DNA from: a virus
Direction: 5' to 3' (one strand)
Virus record (IMG/VR): IMGVR_UViG_3300021420_000017
Coordinates: 32,001-96,000 of that record
DNA length: 64,000 nt
The notes below the pieces were generated by a model, which had not been told where the DNA came from, did no database searches, and was given only the letters and a program-made list of their open reading frames with translations. The position numbers and the translations under genes were made by a program. Positions 17,964-27,193 of this stretch are shown one piece after another. Numbering within the stretch: position 1 is the first letter of the stretch; every line of letters begins with the position of its first letter.

Positions 17964-18271
17964 TGAGAGAATCAATACACATTTGTAGATGGATGTTTGC
18001 TCGATTGTTGATGCGCACTCTGCCTGGAGTGATTCACCAGCACTTCGTTGATAGCGAAGTTGATTCACGTTTGAGTTACGCTACTGCATGGCCCGTGAAT
18101 GGGATTCAACATCTCACCTATCAACCCACGCCATTGGGCAATATAACGTTTTGTGGAAAGTTCGTCGCCACTGTATCGAGTGTCCCGCAGAACACTGCGC
18201 TGGGCTATCAATGTCGAACCTGCGTCCGTCGTGGCCAGCGTTACGCCCGAGTGAGGAAAGAGAGTCGATGA
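17960..18271 (+). CDS. Hypothetical protein (103 aa)
   Basis: Overlap-coupled ORF. Confidence 0.5.
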   Translation: MMRESIHICRWMFARLLMRTLPGVIHQHFVDSEVDSRLSYATAWPVNGIQHLTYQPTPLGNITFCGKFVATVSSVPQNTALGYQCRTCVRRGQRYARVRKESR

Positions 18272-18340
18272 GTAGCGCCAACGAGGCGGGGTCCCGATGC
18301 ACTAGGGCCAATGGTGGCACGAGAGGCAGGCGGTTCACCG

Positions 18341-18562
18341 ATGACCAGCACTGATGACCTTGCCGAGCTGATCACAAACTTCTACTCGCCACCGCCTTCG
18401 CATCCCGCTGACCTGGCTGAGATCGCTCAGCTAGCTGATCATGTCGTGCGGTCGGACTGGTTCAAGGCAGAGATAGCTACCGAGTACAAGATGGGCTACG
18501 ACCAGGGCTTCGAGGACGGTTACGAGAGTGGCAGCGCGCCCGCACTAGGGAGGTCATCATGA
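18341..18562 (+). CDS. Hypothetical protein (73 aa) with GYxxG repeats
   Basis: YKMGYDQGFEDGYESG. Confidence 0.55.
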   Translation: MTSTDDLAELITNFYSPPPSHPADLAEIAQLADHVVRSDWFKAEIATEYKMGYDQGFEDGYESGSAPALGRSS

Positions 18563-19371
18563 CTAGCCCTGATGACGAGCTACAAGTGCACGCCAAACGG
18601 CTTCGGGAGCACCGAGGGATGGACGCTGCACAGCTCCGTAGGCAGTACGACGACATGGGAGCCGTGAACTACCCGGACGATGCTGTCGTCGTACTGCTCG
18701 CTGAGGTCGCTGCTGCCGAACAACGAGGAGCCGAGAAGGCTCAAATCGCGATCTGGGCGATAGCTCGCGAGTACCTGCCAGCAGCGATCGGCTTCAACAC
18801 GTTGCCGGAGATCATGCGCGGTATCGCTCGGCAGCGTGACGCCCAGCGCGAGATCAAAGACCATCTGGCCGATACTGCACGCAAGCTCACGGAACGAGTT
18901 GAGGCGGCAGAGGTAGCTCTTGCCGCCGAGTATCAGCGGGGACGGCGAGACGCACTGATCGGCGCCCACCGCGAGCTGCGTGAGCAAGCATTGAACGACT
19001 GGGGTGACCCGAGCTATCGGCACGCCATCGAGTGGGCGGCCGAGCATCTAGGGGCTCAGGCCAGGGAAGCTATTTCGACTGGCGGTTCCACTCAGACTAT
19101 CTGGGATGAGGTGGCCGCTGAGCGCGCCCGGGCGCACGCGAAGCATGGCGACAGGTCGATGGAGTCGGCTGACCCATCTGACCCGACGGGGCATCGGTAT
19201 CGGATTCTCTGTGAGGAGATAGGAGAGGTCGCCAAAGAGTTTAACGACGCTGCGAATGACGAGCGCTCGGTCGACTTGGATGCACTGCGCAAAGAGCTAA
19301 TCCAGGTGTCCGCTATGGCGGGCGCGTGGGCCGACGCCATCCCGGTTCATGCTGGGGAGGTTGACCAGTGA
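18559..19371 (+). CDS. Protein with C-terminal MazG-like NTP pyrophosphohydrolase domain
   Basis: LCEEIGEVAKE...LRKELIQVSAMAGAW. Confidence 0.75.
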   Translation: MTSPDDELQVHAKRLREHRGMDAAQLRRQYDDMGAVNYPDDAVVVLLAEVAAAEQRGAEKAQIAIWAIAREYLPAAIGFNTLPEIMRGIARQRDAQREIKDHLADTARKLTERVEAAEVALAAEYQRGRRDALIGAHRELREQALNDWGDPSYRHAIEWAAEHLGAQAREAISTGGSTQTIWDEVAAERARAHAKHGDRSMESADPSDPTGHRYRILCEEIGEVAKEFNDAANDERSVDLDALRKELIQVSAMAGAWADAIPVHAGEVDQ

Positions 19372-19634
19372 GTACGAACTATCTGCGTGAACTGGACGAG
19401 GAGTCCTACGCCCTGCTGCCGGACTGTCGCATCCTCATCGAGCGGGCAGCGTTCGAGTCGATCAGCGACTACACCCGCTCGCAGCCGACCAGTCCGAGCG
19501 CCGGTCGCGTTTACCGCAAGAATCTTAGTTGGCATCCGGACTGTTCGGATATCTGGTTCGTCTACATCGTGCGGAGTGACCCATACCAGCATTGCCTGTA
19601 CAAAGTGGAGATCGTTGGGGAGGTTGACCAGTGA
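19368..19634 (+). CDS. Hypothetical protein (88 aa)
   Basis: GTGA overlap; GGAGG SD. Confidence 0.65.
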   Translation: MSTNYLRELDEESYALLPDCRILIERAAFESISDYTRSQPTSPSAGRVYRKNLSWHPDCSDIWFVYIVRSDPYQHCLYKVEIVGEVDQ

Positions 19635-19996
19635 GTGAGATGGAATCACTATTTGATCTCGACAACGGTCGGCCGATGTATGTCTACGCGGGCACCGGCC
19701 TTGCTGATGCGGCGATCATTGAAGCCGTCACTGAGTCGATGTATGAAGAGCCGGATGGTCTGATCGGCTATCGCTTGGAGATCAGGGAAGGAAACTGGGG
19801 CTGGTCGCCTCGGATGAAACACTGCTCGAATCATGACTCCGGCTGGGGTTGTGACCAGGAAGGCGATTGGCACCAGCATTTCAGCTCGAACTACAGCGGC
19901 GATCCGGTGACCGTGGTGACTGTCTTTTCTCCTACTTGGAATCCATCGCCGCACCCAGATGCACGGCTCGTTCTGGTTGGGGAGGTTGTTCAGTGA
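19631..19996 (+). CDS. Hypothetical protein (121 aa)
   Basis: GTGA overlap; GGAGG SD. Confidence 0.65.
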   Translation: MSEMESLFDLDNGRPMYVYAGTGLADAAIIEAVTESMYEEPDGLIGYRLEIREGNWGWSPRMKHCSNHDSGWGCDQEGDWHQHFSSNYSGDPVTVVTVFSPTWNPSPHPDARLVLVGEVVQ

Positions 19997-20409
19997 AATG
20001 TCGCACTAGGCTCGTTGAGACTGAGTACATGCAGTGGGAGATTGGCAACTCGCCGCAGGGCGAGATGGGCAGTCAGATACAGGCTGTGGAGATCGCCGCC
20101 TGGGTCAACACACACGGCGGCTGGGCGCGGTATGAGCCAGAGCACTACGACATGCCGGACTTCGCTGGCGAGAGCACCTGGCATCCCGCGCGCATTGCCA
20201 TCAGCGGGCGGGATCACCTGGTCTCCGCCAAGCCCGGCGACTACATAGTGATGGGTGCTGCGCACTGGTGCATGGGTTGCGGCCACTCGGTGACAAGGAG
20301 TGGCGAACACATTGAGTGCCAGTGTCAGTGTCTTGGGACGGCTGATCTGCGTGAGTTTCAGGTGCTCACTCGGGATGAGTTCGAGCGCGACTGGGAGGCC
20401 ATCCAGTGA
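19993..20409 (+). CDS. Hypothetical protein (138 aa)
   Basis: GTGA overlap; GGAGG SD. Confidence 0.65.
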   Translation: MKCRTRLVETEYMQWEIGNSPQGEMGSQIQAVEIAAWVNTHGGWARYEPEHYDMPDFAGESTWHPARIAISGRDHLVSAKPGDYIVMGAAHWCMGCGHSVTRSGEHIECQCQCLGTADLREFQVLTRDEFERDWEAIQ

Positions 20410-20630
20410 GCACTGCGTCGATCCTCGGGATGCCGGTCACAACCGACTGCAACGTACCGATCGGCAAGTTCCTCATTGTCGATCGCCGGATCCATACGTC
20501 GATGACGCTCGATCAACTAATGGTCAAGCTTTGGGTGGGCGATGCGCTCAAGAAGGCGCGCACGCATCTCGCCGGGCTTGTGGAGGCCGTTGAGCTGCGC
20601 TTGTTTGGAGAGGGAGTTACCCATGGCTGA
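20406..20630 (+). CDS. Hypothetical protein (74 aa)
   Basis: GTGA overlap. Confidence 0.55.
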   Translation: MSTASILGMPVTTDCNVPIGKFLIVDRRIHTSMTLDQLMVKLWVGDALKKARTHLAGLVEAVELRLFGEGVTHG

Positions 20631-20964
20631 CAAGGTGCGTATCCATGAGCTGAAGGTCGTCCCGCCGTACTTCGATTCGCTTATCGCGGGCAGCAAGATG
20701 TTCGAGGTCCGGCGAAACGATCGTGCTTATCAGCGCGGCGACATTCTGCGGTTCCGCGAGTGGCACCCCGAGCACACCAACAGTGCGCGCCCGTGCGTGC
20801 ATAGCGACTGCGGGTACTGGAGTCATGCGTTCGGTCACTGGGCCGGGCGGGCGGAGCGATTCGAATGTGTTATCACGTTTGTCTACTCCGGGGATCCGAG
20901 GCTTGACGGCATCGAGCCTGGGTATGTCGTCCTCGGGCTAGGGGAGGTTGATACCGATGGGTGA
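20623..20964 (+). CDS. ASCH/DUF3850-family protein
   Basis: IHELKVVPPYFDSLIAGSKMFEVRRNDRAYQRGDIL. Confidence 0.85.
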   Translation: MADKVRIHELKVVPPYFDSLIAGSKMFEVRRNDRAYQRGDILRFREWHPEHTNSARPCVHSDCGYWSHAFGHWAGRAERFECVITFVYSGDPRLDGIEPGYVVLGLGEVDTDG

Positions 20965-21139
20965 TCGCCAAACCGAGGGCCCGAGCATAGACGAGGTCAA
21001 ATGGGTGCTGAAGGAGATGGACCGCCACGGCCCTAATCGTGGCTGGGTCTTGTGCGCGGCGCTGTGGCGTGCCGTTGAGGGCACCCCAATCGCCCCTCCT
21101 GAGGCGCTGGAGCGCATGCGCAGAGAGGCCGGTCGGTGA
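20957..21139 (+). CDS. Hypothetical protein (60 aa)
   Basis: GGAGG SD. Confidence 0.5.
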   Translation: MGDRQTEGPSIDEVKWVLKEMDRHGPNRGWVLCAALWRAVEGTPIAPPEALERMRREAGR

Positions 21140-21414
21140 TTGACCCCCAGATTGACCTCCGGGTTGATGACCTTAAGCGCCGTATCCGCGAAGCTTCCAG
21201 ACTGCACACCAAGACGTCCACTCGGTACCAGGGCTTGACACCAGCCGGGCTGGCGCACCTTGAGGCAGGCGGAGAGATCGGACCCGACGGCATGCCTATC
21301 TCGGAAGCGATGAACCCCACCGCGATCTGCGCGAAGTGCGGTGAACCAGCACCATGTGAAACCTATCGGATACTGTTGAGCGAAGAGATCACCGAGGAGG
21401 GAGATAGAGGATGA
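21136..21414 (+). CDS. Hypothetical protein (92 aa)
   Basis: CAKCGEPAPCET. Confidence 0.6.
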   Translation: MIDPQIDLRVDDLKRRIREASRLHTKTSTRYQGLTPAGLAHLEAGGEIGPDGMPISEAMNPTAICAKCGEPAPCETYRILLSEEITEEGDRG

Positions 21415-21824
21415 CGTTCAAATCAAAGTTTTTGGGCACAGTGGTGATTAGGCCCTTCGTCATCAGCGGTGTCGATCGTCATAGTCCACCCCCGGAGATG
21501 TGGGGCTCATATTATACTGGTGCGCAAGGGTGGCATCGTAGGATCTGTATTGAGATATCCGTTGACGGAGAGAGTGTCGAGTCAGTGCGTGCTGCATTAA
21601 AAGATGCCGCTGATGCGATGGAAGATGCATTCTTAGATTTAACATTTGTGGATAACTATGGTGATCCAGATGTGAAGATTACAGCGAGAGGGCATCGTAA
21701 AGCCACCAGCGAAGAGATTGTATTCATCGAACAGCAGCAAGAGGCTGAGAAGAGGAAGCAGCAGTTCGATGACGAAGATGACATCGAGAGATTCAAGAAG
21801 AGACACCCCGGGCTTCTTAAATGA
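21411..21824 (+). CDS. Hypothetical protein (137 aa, low GC)
   Basis: ATGA overlap. Confidence 0.6.
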   Translation: MTFKSKFLGTVVIRPFVISGVDRHSPPPEMWGSYYTGAQGWHRRICIEISVDGESVESVRAALKDAADAMEDAFLDLTFVDNYGDPDVKITARGHRKATSEEIVFIEQQQEAEKRKQQFDDEDDIERFKKRHPGLLK

Positions 21825-22354
21825 CATGGACTACTGATGTGCTCTCGCAAGATCTTGCAGAGTGGCTGCTTGGCTGTGTCGCCGAGGATGAGAAAGCAGC
21901 CCGGAAGATGGATGCTGTTTACCCGTCTCCATGGGAACTTATTGATCGCGGCTGGGTGGCATATATCAAGGCTGGCGCCCCACATTTTCGTGAAGTGGTG
22001 CGCCTCGACCAGGACGTTGAGATAGAAGCGGAATGGCTCGGCGACGTTCTCAGCCATGTGCTCAAGCATGAGCCGATCCGGGTGCTAGCCGACTGTGCGG
22101 CCAAGCGCGAGCTGATCAAGCTGGCTCGGACCATCGACCCCCTCCTCTGCCCCTCAGTCGGCCCCTGGGCGCACAGGCCCTTGCGCCTTGAAATGCTGCG
22201 CCCCCTTCTCATGTCCTACAGCGATCGCCTCGGCGCGCTCGAACTGCTGCAGAGGATAGATTCCCACGGCCCGGGCGTGGCCTACCTGATGCCGCCCGGG
22301 CGCGAGCCGCAAGACGCGCTGATCGAGGCCAAGCAGCAACCAGAGACAGACTGA
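21821..22354 (+). CDS. DUF6221-like actinophage protein
   Basis: EWLLGCVAEDE..A...EPIRVLADCAAKRELI..LRPLLMSYSDR. Confidence 0.65.
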   Translation: MTWTTDVLSQDLAEWLLGCVAEDEKAARKMDAVYPSPWELIDRGWVAYIKAGAPHFREVVRLDQDVEIEAEWLGDVLSHVLKHEPIRVLADCAAKRELIKLARTIDPLLCPSVGPWAHRPLRLEMLRPLLMSYSDRLGALELLQRIDSHGPGVAYLMPPGREPQDALIEAKQQPETD

Positions 22355-22355
22355 G

Positions 22356-22925
22356 ATGACGTGGTACGAGGCGCTCCCCCTCACGATTATTCCGTTGATT
22401 CTTGCTCTCAGGTTCCACCGTCGAGCGTGGCTACGGCGCCAACTCCAAGAAGCCGAGTATAGGGCGCGGGTCAATAAGGCAGTTCGCGTTCCGCTCTCGG
22501 TGAAGAGATCAGAGTCGGCACTCGACCAGGTGATGGACGACTATGGAGTCCGCGCTGTAGACGTCCAAGAATCCTGGCTCGGCTACCCGTATGGTCAAGA
22601 TCAAGTCGAGAGTTGGCTTCGAATCATCAGACTCGAAGCCAAGGAGTGGGCATATCGATGCGAGCGTGAGCGCATGCTTGGGCCCAAGTGGGCGCAGTGC
22701 GAGGGAGCCGGGGTCGCCAAAGCCAGAGCGCGCCTACTCGACAGCGGCGGGAGCACGGTTCGAGCGATCTTCCAGTATCAAGCCAAGGGACTCATCCCCG
22801 ACGACCAGGCCCGGGAGTATGTGCAGATGGTGCGCGCCCTCATGCCCGCCTTCGAGGTCGGCGACCGTGTCATCCTCGTGCCCCCGATTCGCTCGACTCG
22901 CTCACAGTGGGAAGGAACCCCATGA
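22356..22925 (+). CDS. Hypothetical protein with N-terminal TM (189 aa)
   Basis: Hydrophobic N-terminus. Confidence 0.65.
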   Translation: MTWYEALPLTIIPLILALRFHRRAWLRRQLQEAEYRARVNKAVRVPLSVKRSESALDQVMDDYGVRAVDVQESWLGYPYGQDQVESWLRIIRLEAKEWAYRCERERMLGPKWAQCEGAGVAKARARLLDSGGSTVRAIFQYQAKGLIPDDQAREYVQMVRALMPAFEVGDRVILVPPIRSTRSQWEGTP

Positions 22926-23335
22926 TCGACCCCGTGCCGGGCCCCTACGTCTCACTCCCTCGCTGCCGCAAGTGCGGGGAGTACGGAGCTAGCGCCGAGT
23001 GGATGCCGACCCTCAGGTCGGCCTGTTTTAAGGGTGACGCCAAGCAGTACTACCCCGACTGTGATCCCGACACGGAGGTGCTACGGCGCCGCTGTGATCA
23101 CTGCGGCTTCAAGTGGGTCGAACTGCCTCTTGATGCAGACCCGGCTCTCTCCGCCAGCCAGGGGCCCGCTGAGGCCGATCCAGAAGATGCTCCCGGGATA
23201 CTCTTGAATGTCGGGGACGTGCTGATGAACCTCGGCGACCCGTATGAGATCGAGAAAATCGACTTCACTGAGAGAGTTGGTTTCATCGTCGCCAAGAACG
23301 TGGTCGGTATGAATCTCGTCCTGCGCAGGCTCTGA
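22922..23335 (+). CDS. Zn-ribbon hypothetical protein (137 aa)
   Basis: CRKCG...CDHCG. Confidence 0.6.
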   Translation: MIDPVPGPYVSLPRCRKCGEYGASAEWMPTLRSACFKGDAKQYYPDCDPDTEVLRRRCDHCGFKWVELPLDADPALSASQGPAEADPEDAPGILLNVGDVLMNLGDPYEIEKIDFTERVGFIVAKNVVGMNLVLRRL

Positions 23336-23336
23336 A

Positions 23337-23759
23337 ATGCCGCCCGAGCCGTCCAGGGTGGTCGCGCCGCCTCTGGAGTGGCACCCGGCCTATGAGGATC
23401 GCCCCTGGCTGATGGACTGGCTCAACGGGCAAGGTCCGTCCGGTCGGCATCCCGTGATCAAGCTGTCCATGATGCGCGGGCTGGAATGGGGCCACATGGA
23501 TAGGCACCGCAGTTCGTCGCTATCCGGGACCAGACTCCTACGGAGACAGCAGTGCTGGGCTCTAGCGCCCTACGTGGGTCGCGAGTTCGTCTACATCTGG
23601 TCGGTCGCGGTAGATGAGCTGGGACGGGCCATCGCGGGTGAGGCCGGGATCCAGTATCTGCGCCCGGAGGAGGCACCGGATGCGCATCCGGTGAGAGGAG
23701 CAGAGAGGGGCACTGAGGGGTCGAGAGGTCCGTTGAGGCGTCTGTCCAGCAGAGTCTGA
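23337..23759 (+). CDS. Hypothetical protein (140 aa)
   Basis: ORF in operon. Confidence 0.55.
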   Translation: MPPEPSRVVAPPLEWHPAYEDRPWLMDWLNGQGPSGRHPVIKLSMMRGLEWGHMDRHRSSSLSGTRLLRRQQCWALAPYVGREFVYIWSVAVDELGRAIAGEAGIQYLRPEEAPDAHPVRGAERGTEGSRGPLRRLSSRV

Positions 23760-23792
23760 TATGTCTGAGTACAAGTAGCTCATTACCGAAGT

Positions 23793-23860
23793 TTGATACT
23801 CGATTGCTAGATGATTAGTATTTATGCAAGTCGTGAGTTGTACAACGTCAAAGTCGCCAA
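23793..23860 (+). promoter_or_regulatory. Promoter plus GTCGCCAA box
   Basis: TTGATA-CTC, 17-bp spacer, TAGTAT; box at 23853. Confidence 0.65.
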
Positions 23861-23878
23861 ACATAGGAGCCCACTATC

Positions 23879-24316
23879 ATGACGGACTTCGATGTCGAGA
23901 TGGACAAGCTAGAAGCCAGGAGGGCCCAGCAGTCGAGGAGGGACATCGCCATGAGCCATAGATACGGGGAAGACGTGGAGCGAGAAGTGAAGAAGGCCCG
24001 AGCCCAGCAGGTAAGCGCGGGGAAGCAGGACGAGCCAGGTCAGCCAGGTCAGCCAGATCAGCCAGATCAGCCAGGAGAAGCCACGAGCCAGACCTACCTG
24101 GACTTCTCTGAGCGTGTGCCCGGCGCGGAGCTATTGTCCTTTGTCGAGCTGCGCGGGCAGAAGCCACAAGAGGCTAGCGACCTGCCCACACTGGAGATCC
24201 GCGTTGACGATGGGCTGGAGGATCTCGCCATCGTGCTCGGGAGCTATGGCATCCGCCGGTTGCGCCTCTTCCTGGAGCACTATGAGCGACTGATCGAGAA
24301 GGCGGCCCAGTCATGA
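23879..24316 (+). CDS. Hypothetical protein (145 aa)
   Basis: AGGAG SD. Confidence 0.75.
   Translation: MTDFDVEMDKLEARRAQQSRRDIAMSHRYGEDVEREVKKARAQQVSAGKQDEPGQPGQPDQPDQPGEATSQTYLDFSERVPGAELLSFVELRGQKPQEASDLPTLEIRVDDGLEDLAIVLGSYGIRRLRLFLEHYERLIEKAAQS
24032..24076 (+). repeat. 9-bp tandem repeat x5, (C/G)AGCCAG(G/A)(T/A), encoding EPGQPGQPDQPDQPG
   Basis: Read directly. Confidence 0.9.
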
Positions 24317-24395
24317 CGTCGGCCCCGATCCGTCGCGGTACCTGTCCGGTGTGTGGTCGCAGCATCGGGCTGATGAAGGACGGCGAGACTCCGTC

Positions 24396-24641
24396 GTGAG
24401 CTACATCAAAGTCACCTACTCTGCGCATGTCTATGTCGGCGGTCGAGAGGTGAAAGTTCCTCTGCGAGTCAGCACGCTAGCCGAAGCGCAGCTAGAAGCG
24501 AAGAGATTGAGCAAGACCAACTGGTGCATCGCAGGTGAGGCGGTGCGACCGGTCCAGGTGAGGAAGACAGAAGAGACGCTCATGGCGACCTACGTCAATG
24601 GCAAGCGCGAGAGTATCAGAGAGGATAAGTCACGATCATGA
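24396..24641 (+). CDS. Hypothetical protein (81 aa)
   Basis: GTGA overlap with a preceding 28-aa ORF (24313-24399). Confidence 0.55.
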   Translation: MSYIKVTYSAHVYVGGREVKVPLRVSTLAEAQLEAKRLSKTNWCIAGEAVRPVQVRKTEETLMATYVNGKRESIREDKSRS

Positions 24642-25213
24642 CCGAAAACCTAGGAGGACGGCTCGGTGAGTGGTCGCAGCGATTCGATCATCTCTCGGGG
24701 TTCAGTGGGCCCGGTGCGGATGACAACAATGCTGACTTGGTAGCCCATTTGATGGATGAGCATGGAATCTATCCGGTCGACTGCAACGGACTGTCTCTAG
24801 GTGGGTTGAGGACATTGCATGTCCATCTCCATCCAGAAGGGCATGCCGTCGTGCACAACGTTGCGCGCCCCGTTTATGCGAGCAGCAGGACATTGATTGA
24901 GCGCACGCACTACATCTTGGTGCGGGTGATTGAGGATGAGCGCAACGCTCCCGGCCGGGTCAACCTCGCGCTGACGGCTCCCGCACAGCCCTACGGCGTC
25001 ATGACTGCGTTCTCCTCCAGAAGCTGGCATGGCGACCAGGCGGGAGACGAGGAAGGCGAGGACAGTACGGCTGACTACGCGAAGCTGGCCGACATCATGA
25101 ACCGTCGAGATGGGACGGCAAGTAGCGCGGAGATGCGCGCTCGGCATCAACGGGAGTTACTGGAGCTAGAGGCGCAACAGGCCGCTGAGCGCAAGGATGC
25201 AGGTTTGACCTGA
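24638..25213 (+). CDS. Hypothetical protein (191 aa)
   Basis: ATGA overlap. Confidence 0.65.
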   Translation: MTENLGGRLGEWSQRFDHLSGFSGPGADDNNADLVAHLMDEHGIYPVDCNGLSLGGLRTLHVHLHPEGHAVVHNVARPVYASSRTLIERTHYILVRVIEDERNAPGRVNLALTAPAQPYGVMTAFSSRSWHGDQAGDEEGEDSTADYAKLADIMNRRDGTASSAEMRARHQRELLELEAQQAAERKDAGLT

Positions 25214-25278
25214 CCTGTATGATACTCTGTACTCTGTACTCTGTCGCCAATCGATTACCCAAATAATAGGAGTCGGTC

Positions 25279-25512
25279 ATGACCTACTTTTCGGCAACTA
25301 ACACCAGGACCATTGTGTCGATGACCCGGCTCAAGAACAGCCCCAGTGGCAACCCGCGCTATAACGTCCTGCTGCATGGCGCGCTGGCTCCGATCTCCAC
25401 CAAGCCCGACGCGGCGTTCGTTTATGGTCTGCGCTCAGATTTGACGGGGCCCGCAGAAGTGACGTTCGAGGGCGGCTACATCACCAACATCGTGCCGCTG
25501 GAGGAGTCGTGA
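25279..25512 (+). CDS. Hypothetical protein (77 aa)
   Basis: GTCGCCAA box at 25243; AGGAG SD. Confidence 0.7.
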   Translation: MTYFSATNTRTIVSMTRLKNSPSGNPRYNVLLHGALAPISTKPDAAFVYGLRSDLTGPAEVTFEGGYITNIVPLEES

Positions 25513-25676
25513 GTATGTCCAAGGCGCTGATGAAGCGCGAGTTCTGGGCTCAGGTGCTTTTCGATCTCCTCGGCGAGGAGATCGAGCGCGCCGAAGAGGA
25601 ACTCGCCGAGATCACGATTGAGCTGCGCAGGAAATGTCACAGTGCCACAGGTTGGAGACGACATGATGGCGCCTAG
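25509..25676 (+). CDS. Small helical hypothetical protein (55 aa, not in ORF track)
   Basis: GAGGAG SD; GTGA overlap; MSKALMKREFWAQVLFDLLGEEIERAEEEL. Confidence 0.5.
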   Translation: MSMSKALMKREFWAQVLFDLLGEEIERAEEELAEITIELRRKCHSATGWRRHDGA

Positions 25677-25922
25677 ACGGGACAACGTACTCGCGGCGAG
25701 CGGTATGCACTCGTGCTCCAAGTGCGGGGCGTGGCCCAACGACCCGTGCCGTACGCCGATCGGTCGCGCGCCGAGCGCGTGGCTGAGCTGCTGCGCAACA
25801 GCTCAGCCACGCATATCCACGTGCATACCTCAGCGCTGAAGAAGTATGAGGATGAGCCGCCCGGCATGTGGGAGCGCGCTGACTATGAGGGCGGTCGAGA
25901 TGATGGAGAAGTTGGTGGGTAG
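25663..25922 (+). pseudogene. Zn-finger gene apparently split by a frameshift near 25758
   Basis: CSKCGAWPNDPCRTP in one frame; RSRAERVAELLRNSSATHIHVH in another. Confidence 0.4.
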
Positions 25923-25940
25923 CGGATCGTTCGGAATAGG

Positions 25941-26165
25941 GGCCCCGTGAGTGCTATCTTTGGGCATGTCCGCCGAAGCTAGCTTTTGCTGACGTGGATA
26001 GCGCAACGGCGTACAACGTTGCGCGCCCCGCGAAGGTCGCAGTCGAATGACGGAGAGCTACATCGCGCCAGGGCAAATCTGCACAATTTATGCTCTGCGG
26101 GCTAACTCCAAGCTACGGCTAGTCACCGCTGGTTCCGATCTCGTGGATGTGTAAGACGCGATACC
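25941..26165 (+). ncRNA. Candidate structured non-coding RNA, unassigned
   Basis: No credible ORF; several stems including a UACG tetraloop; followed by a terminator. Confidence 0.35.
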
Positions 26166-26203
26166 AACTATGCCCCGTCCCCCACAGGCGGGGCATAGTT
26201 TTT
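26166..26203 (+). terminator. Intrinsic terminator
   Basis: AACTATGCCCCG / CGGGGCATAGTT stem plus T run. Confidence 0.8.
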
Positions 26204-26286
26204 CCGGTGCCGGATCGAGCTGTGCTGCTGTTGAGTGTGATCATGATCTGATAGTCTGCAGTCTCGAACAAGGAGATCTGTCGCCA

Positions 26287-26631
26287 ATGAGTGAATCAAC
26301 TGAGCTAGCGCTGAACCCGTTCGTTGAGGTTCAAGCTACGCAGCGCGTCCTGAATAGCGGAGTGCAGTATGAGTTCAAGTTCCGCAACGGTTGGGGCGCG
26401 AGTGTCGTGCGCCATGAGGGTAGCTACGGGCATGAGGCTGGTCTCTGGGAGCTTGCGGTCCTGGATCGCGCGGGCAATATCAACTACTCCACGCCGGTCA
26501 CTAACGACGTGATCGACTGGCTGGATGTCGAGGGCGTGCGCGCCACATTGTTGCAAATCGCAGAGCTACCTCCCTGCTTGCTGACGCCGATCGCAGAGCT
26601 GCCTCCCTCTGAGCTGGAGTCCGGGTGGTGA
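26287..26631 (+). CDS. Phage hypothetical protein (114 aa)
   Basis: F.NGWGASVV....SYG...GLWELAVL; AAGGAG SD. Confidence 0.75.
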   Translation: MSESTELALNPFVEVQATQRVLNSGVQYEFKFRNGWGASVVRHEGSYGHEAGLWELAVLDRAGNINYSTPVTNDVIDWLDVEGVRATLLQIAELPPCLLTPIAELPPSELESGW

Positions 26632-26819
26632 TCGTTCACTTCCACGGAGGCCCACTGAGCGGGAAAGAGATGGATATCGAACGACCGACTAGTCCGATCC
26701 TTATTCTGCGACCGGACTGGGTTCCTAGCATGGACTGGCGCCAGCACTACCATCCCGGCTCTTACCGCCGGGATCCCGATAGTGCTGGCGGGCGCTGCTA
26801 CGACTGGAGAGAACGCTGA
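26625..26819 (+). CDS. Small FxGGPxxG-motif hypothetical protein
   Basis: FHGGPLSG; similar motif in the ORF ending at 39367. Confidence 0.55.
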   Translation: MVIVHFHGGPLSGKEMDIERPTSPILILRPDWVPSMDWRQHYHPGSYRRDPDSAGGRCYDWRER

Positions 26820-27193
26820 TGACCGCCGTGCGATGTGCCGGGCTCGATGAGCTACACAGAATCGCTGGCTTGGCGGTAAAAGGGGAAGAAGCCGAGATCA
26901 GGATCGCTGAGTTGCGGGCCGAGATCGCTAGCCTGCAGCGTCAGCTAGCGGCTCTGAAGAGGAGCGCGCCGATCACCTTGAAGGGCTATCTCATGCTGGC
27001 TCTCGCGGCGCAGGATCGGCCAATGGGGATCCCCGAGATCCGGTCTGCGATGGTCGACTTGGGGTGGATCTCAACGAGCTATAGCCCGCGCAAGATCATA
27101 CGCGAGCAGTTGGGCAAGTGTGAGAGGGCAGGGCTGATTGAGCGCACTGAGCGTGGTTACTACCGACTTGCAGGACGAGAGGATCAGCGGTGA
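26819..27193 (+). CDS. Coiled-coil plus winged-HTH protein
   Basis: PMGIPEIRSAM..LG...GLIERTERGYYRL. Confidence 0.65.
   Translation: MTAVRCAGLDELHRIAGLAVKGEEAEIRIAELRAEIASLQRQLAALKRSAPITLKGYLMLALAAQDRPMGIPEIRSAMVDLGWISTSYSPRKIIREQLGKCERAGLIERTERGYYRLAGREDQR

Noticed and set aside
24032-24076. CRISPR-like or regulatory array
   Set aside because: These are in-frame 9-bp coding repeats without spacers. No CRISPR array was seen anywhere in the window.
26072-26105. tmRNA tag-like text (TATGCTCTGCGGGCTAA, near YALAA-stop)
   Set aside because: No tRNA-like 5'/3' domain and no T arm; the frames give YALRAN or ANLHNLCSAG-stop, not a tag ending in a stop.
26170-26286. N-terminal extension of the 26170-26631 ORF
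   Set aside because: It runs through a terminator hairpin; ATG 26287 follows an SD and the GTCGCCAA box.
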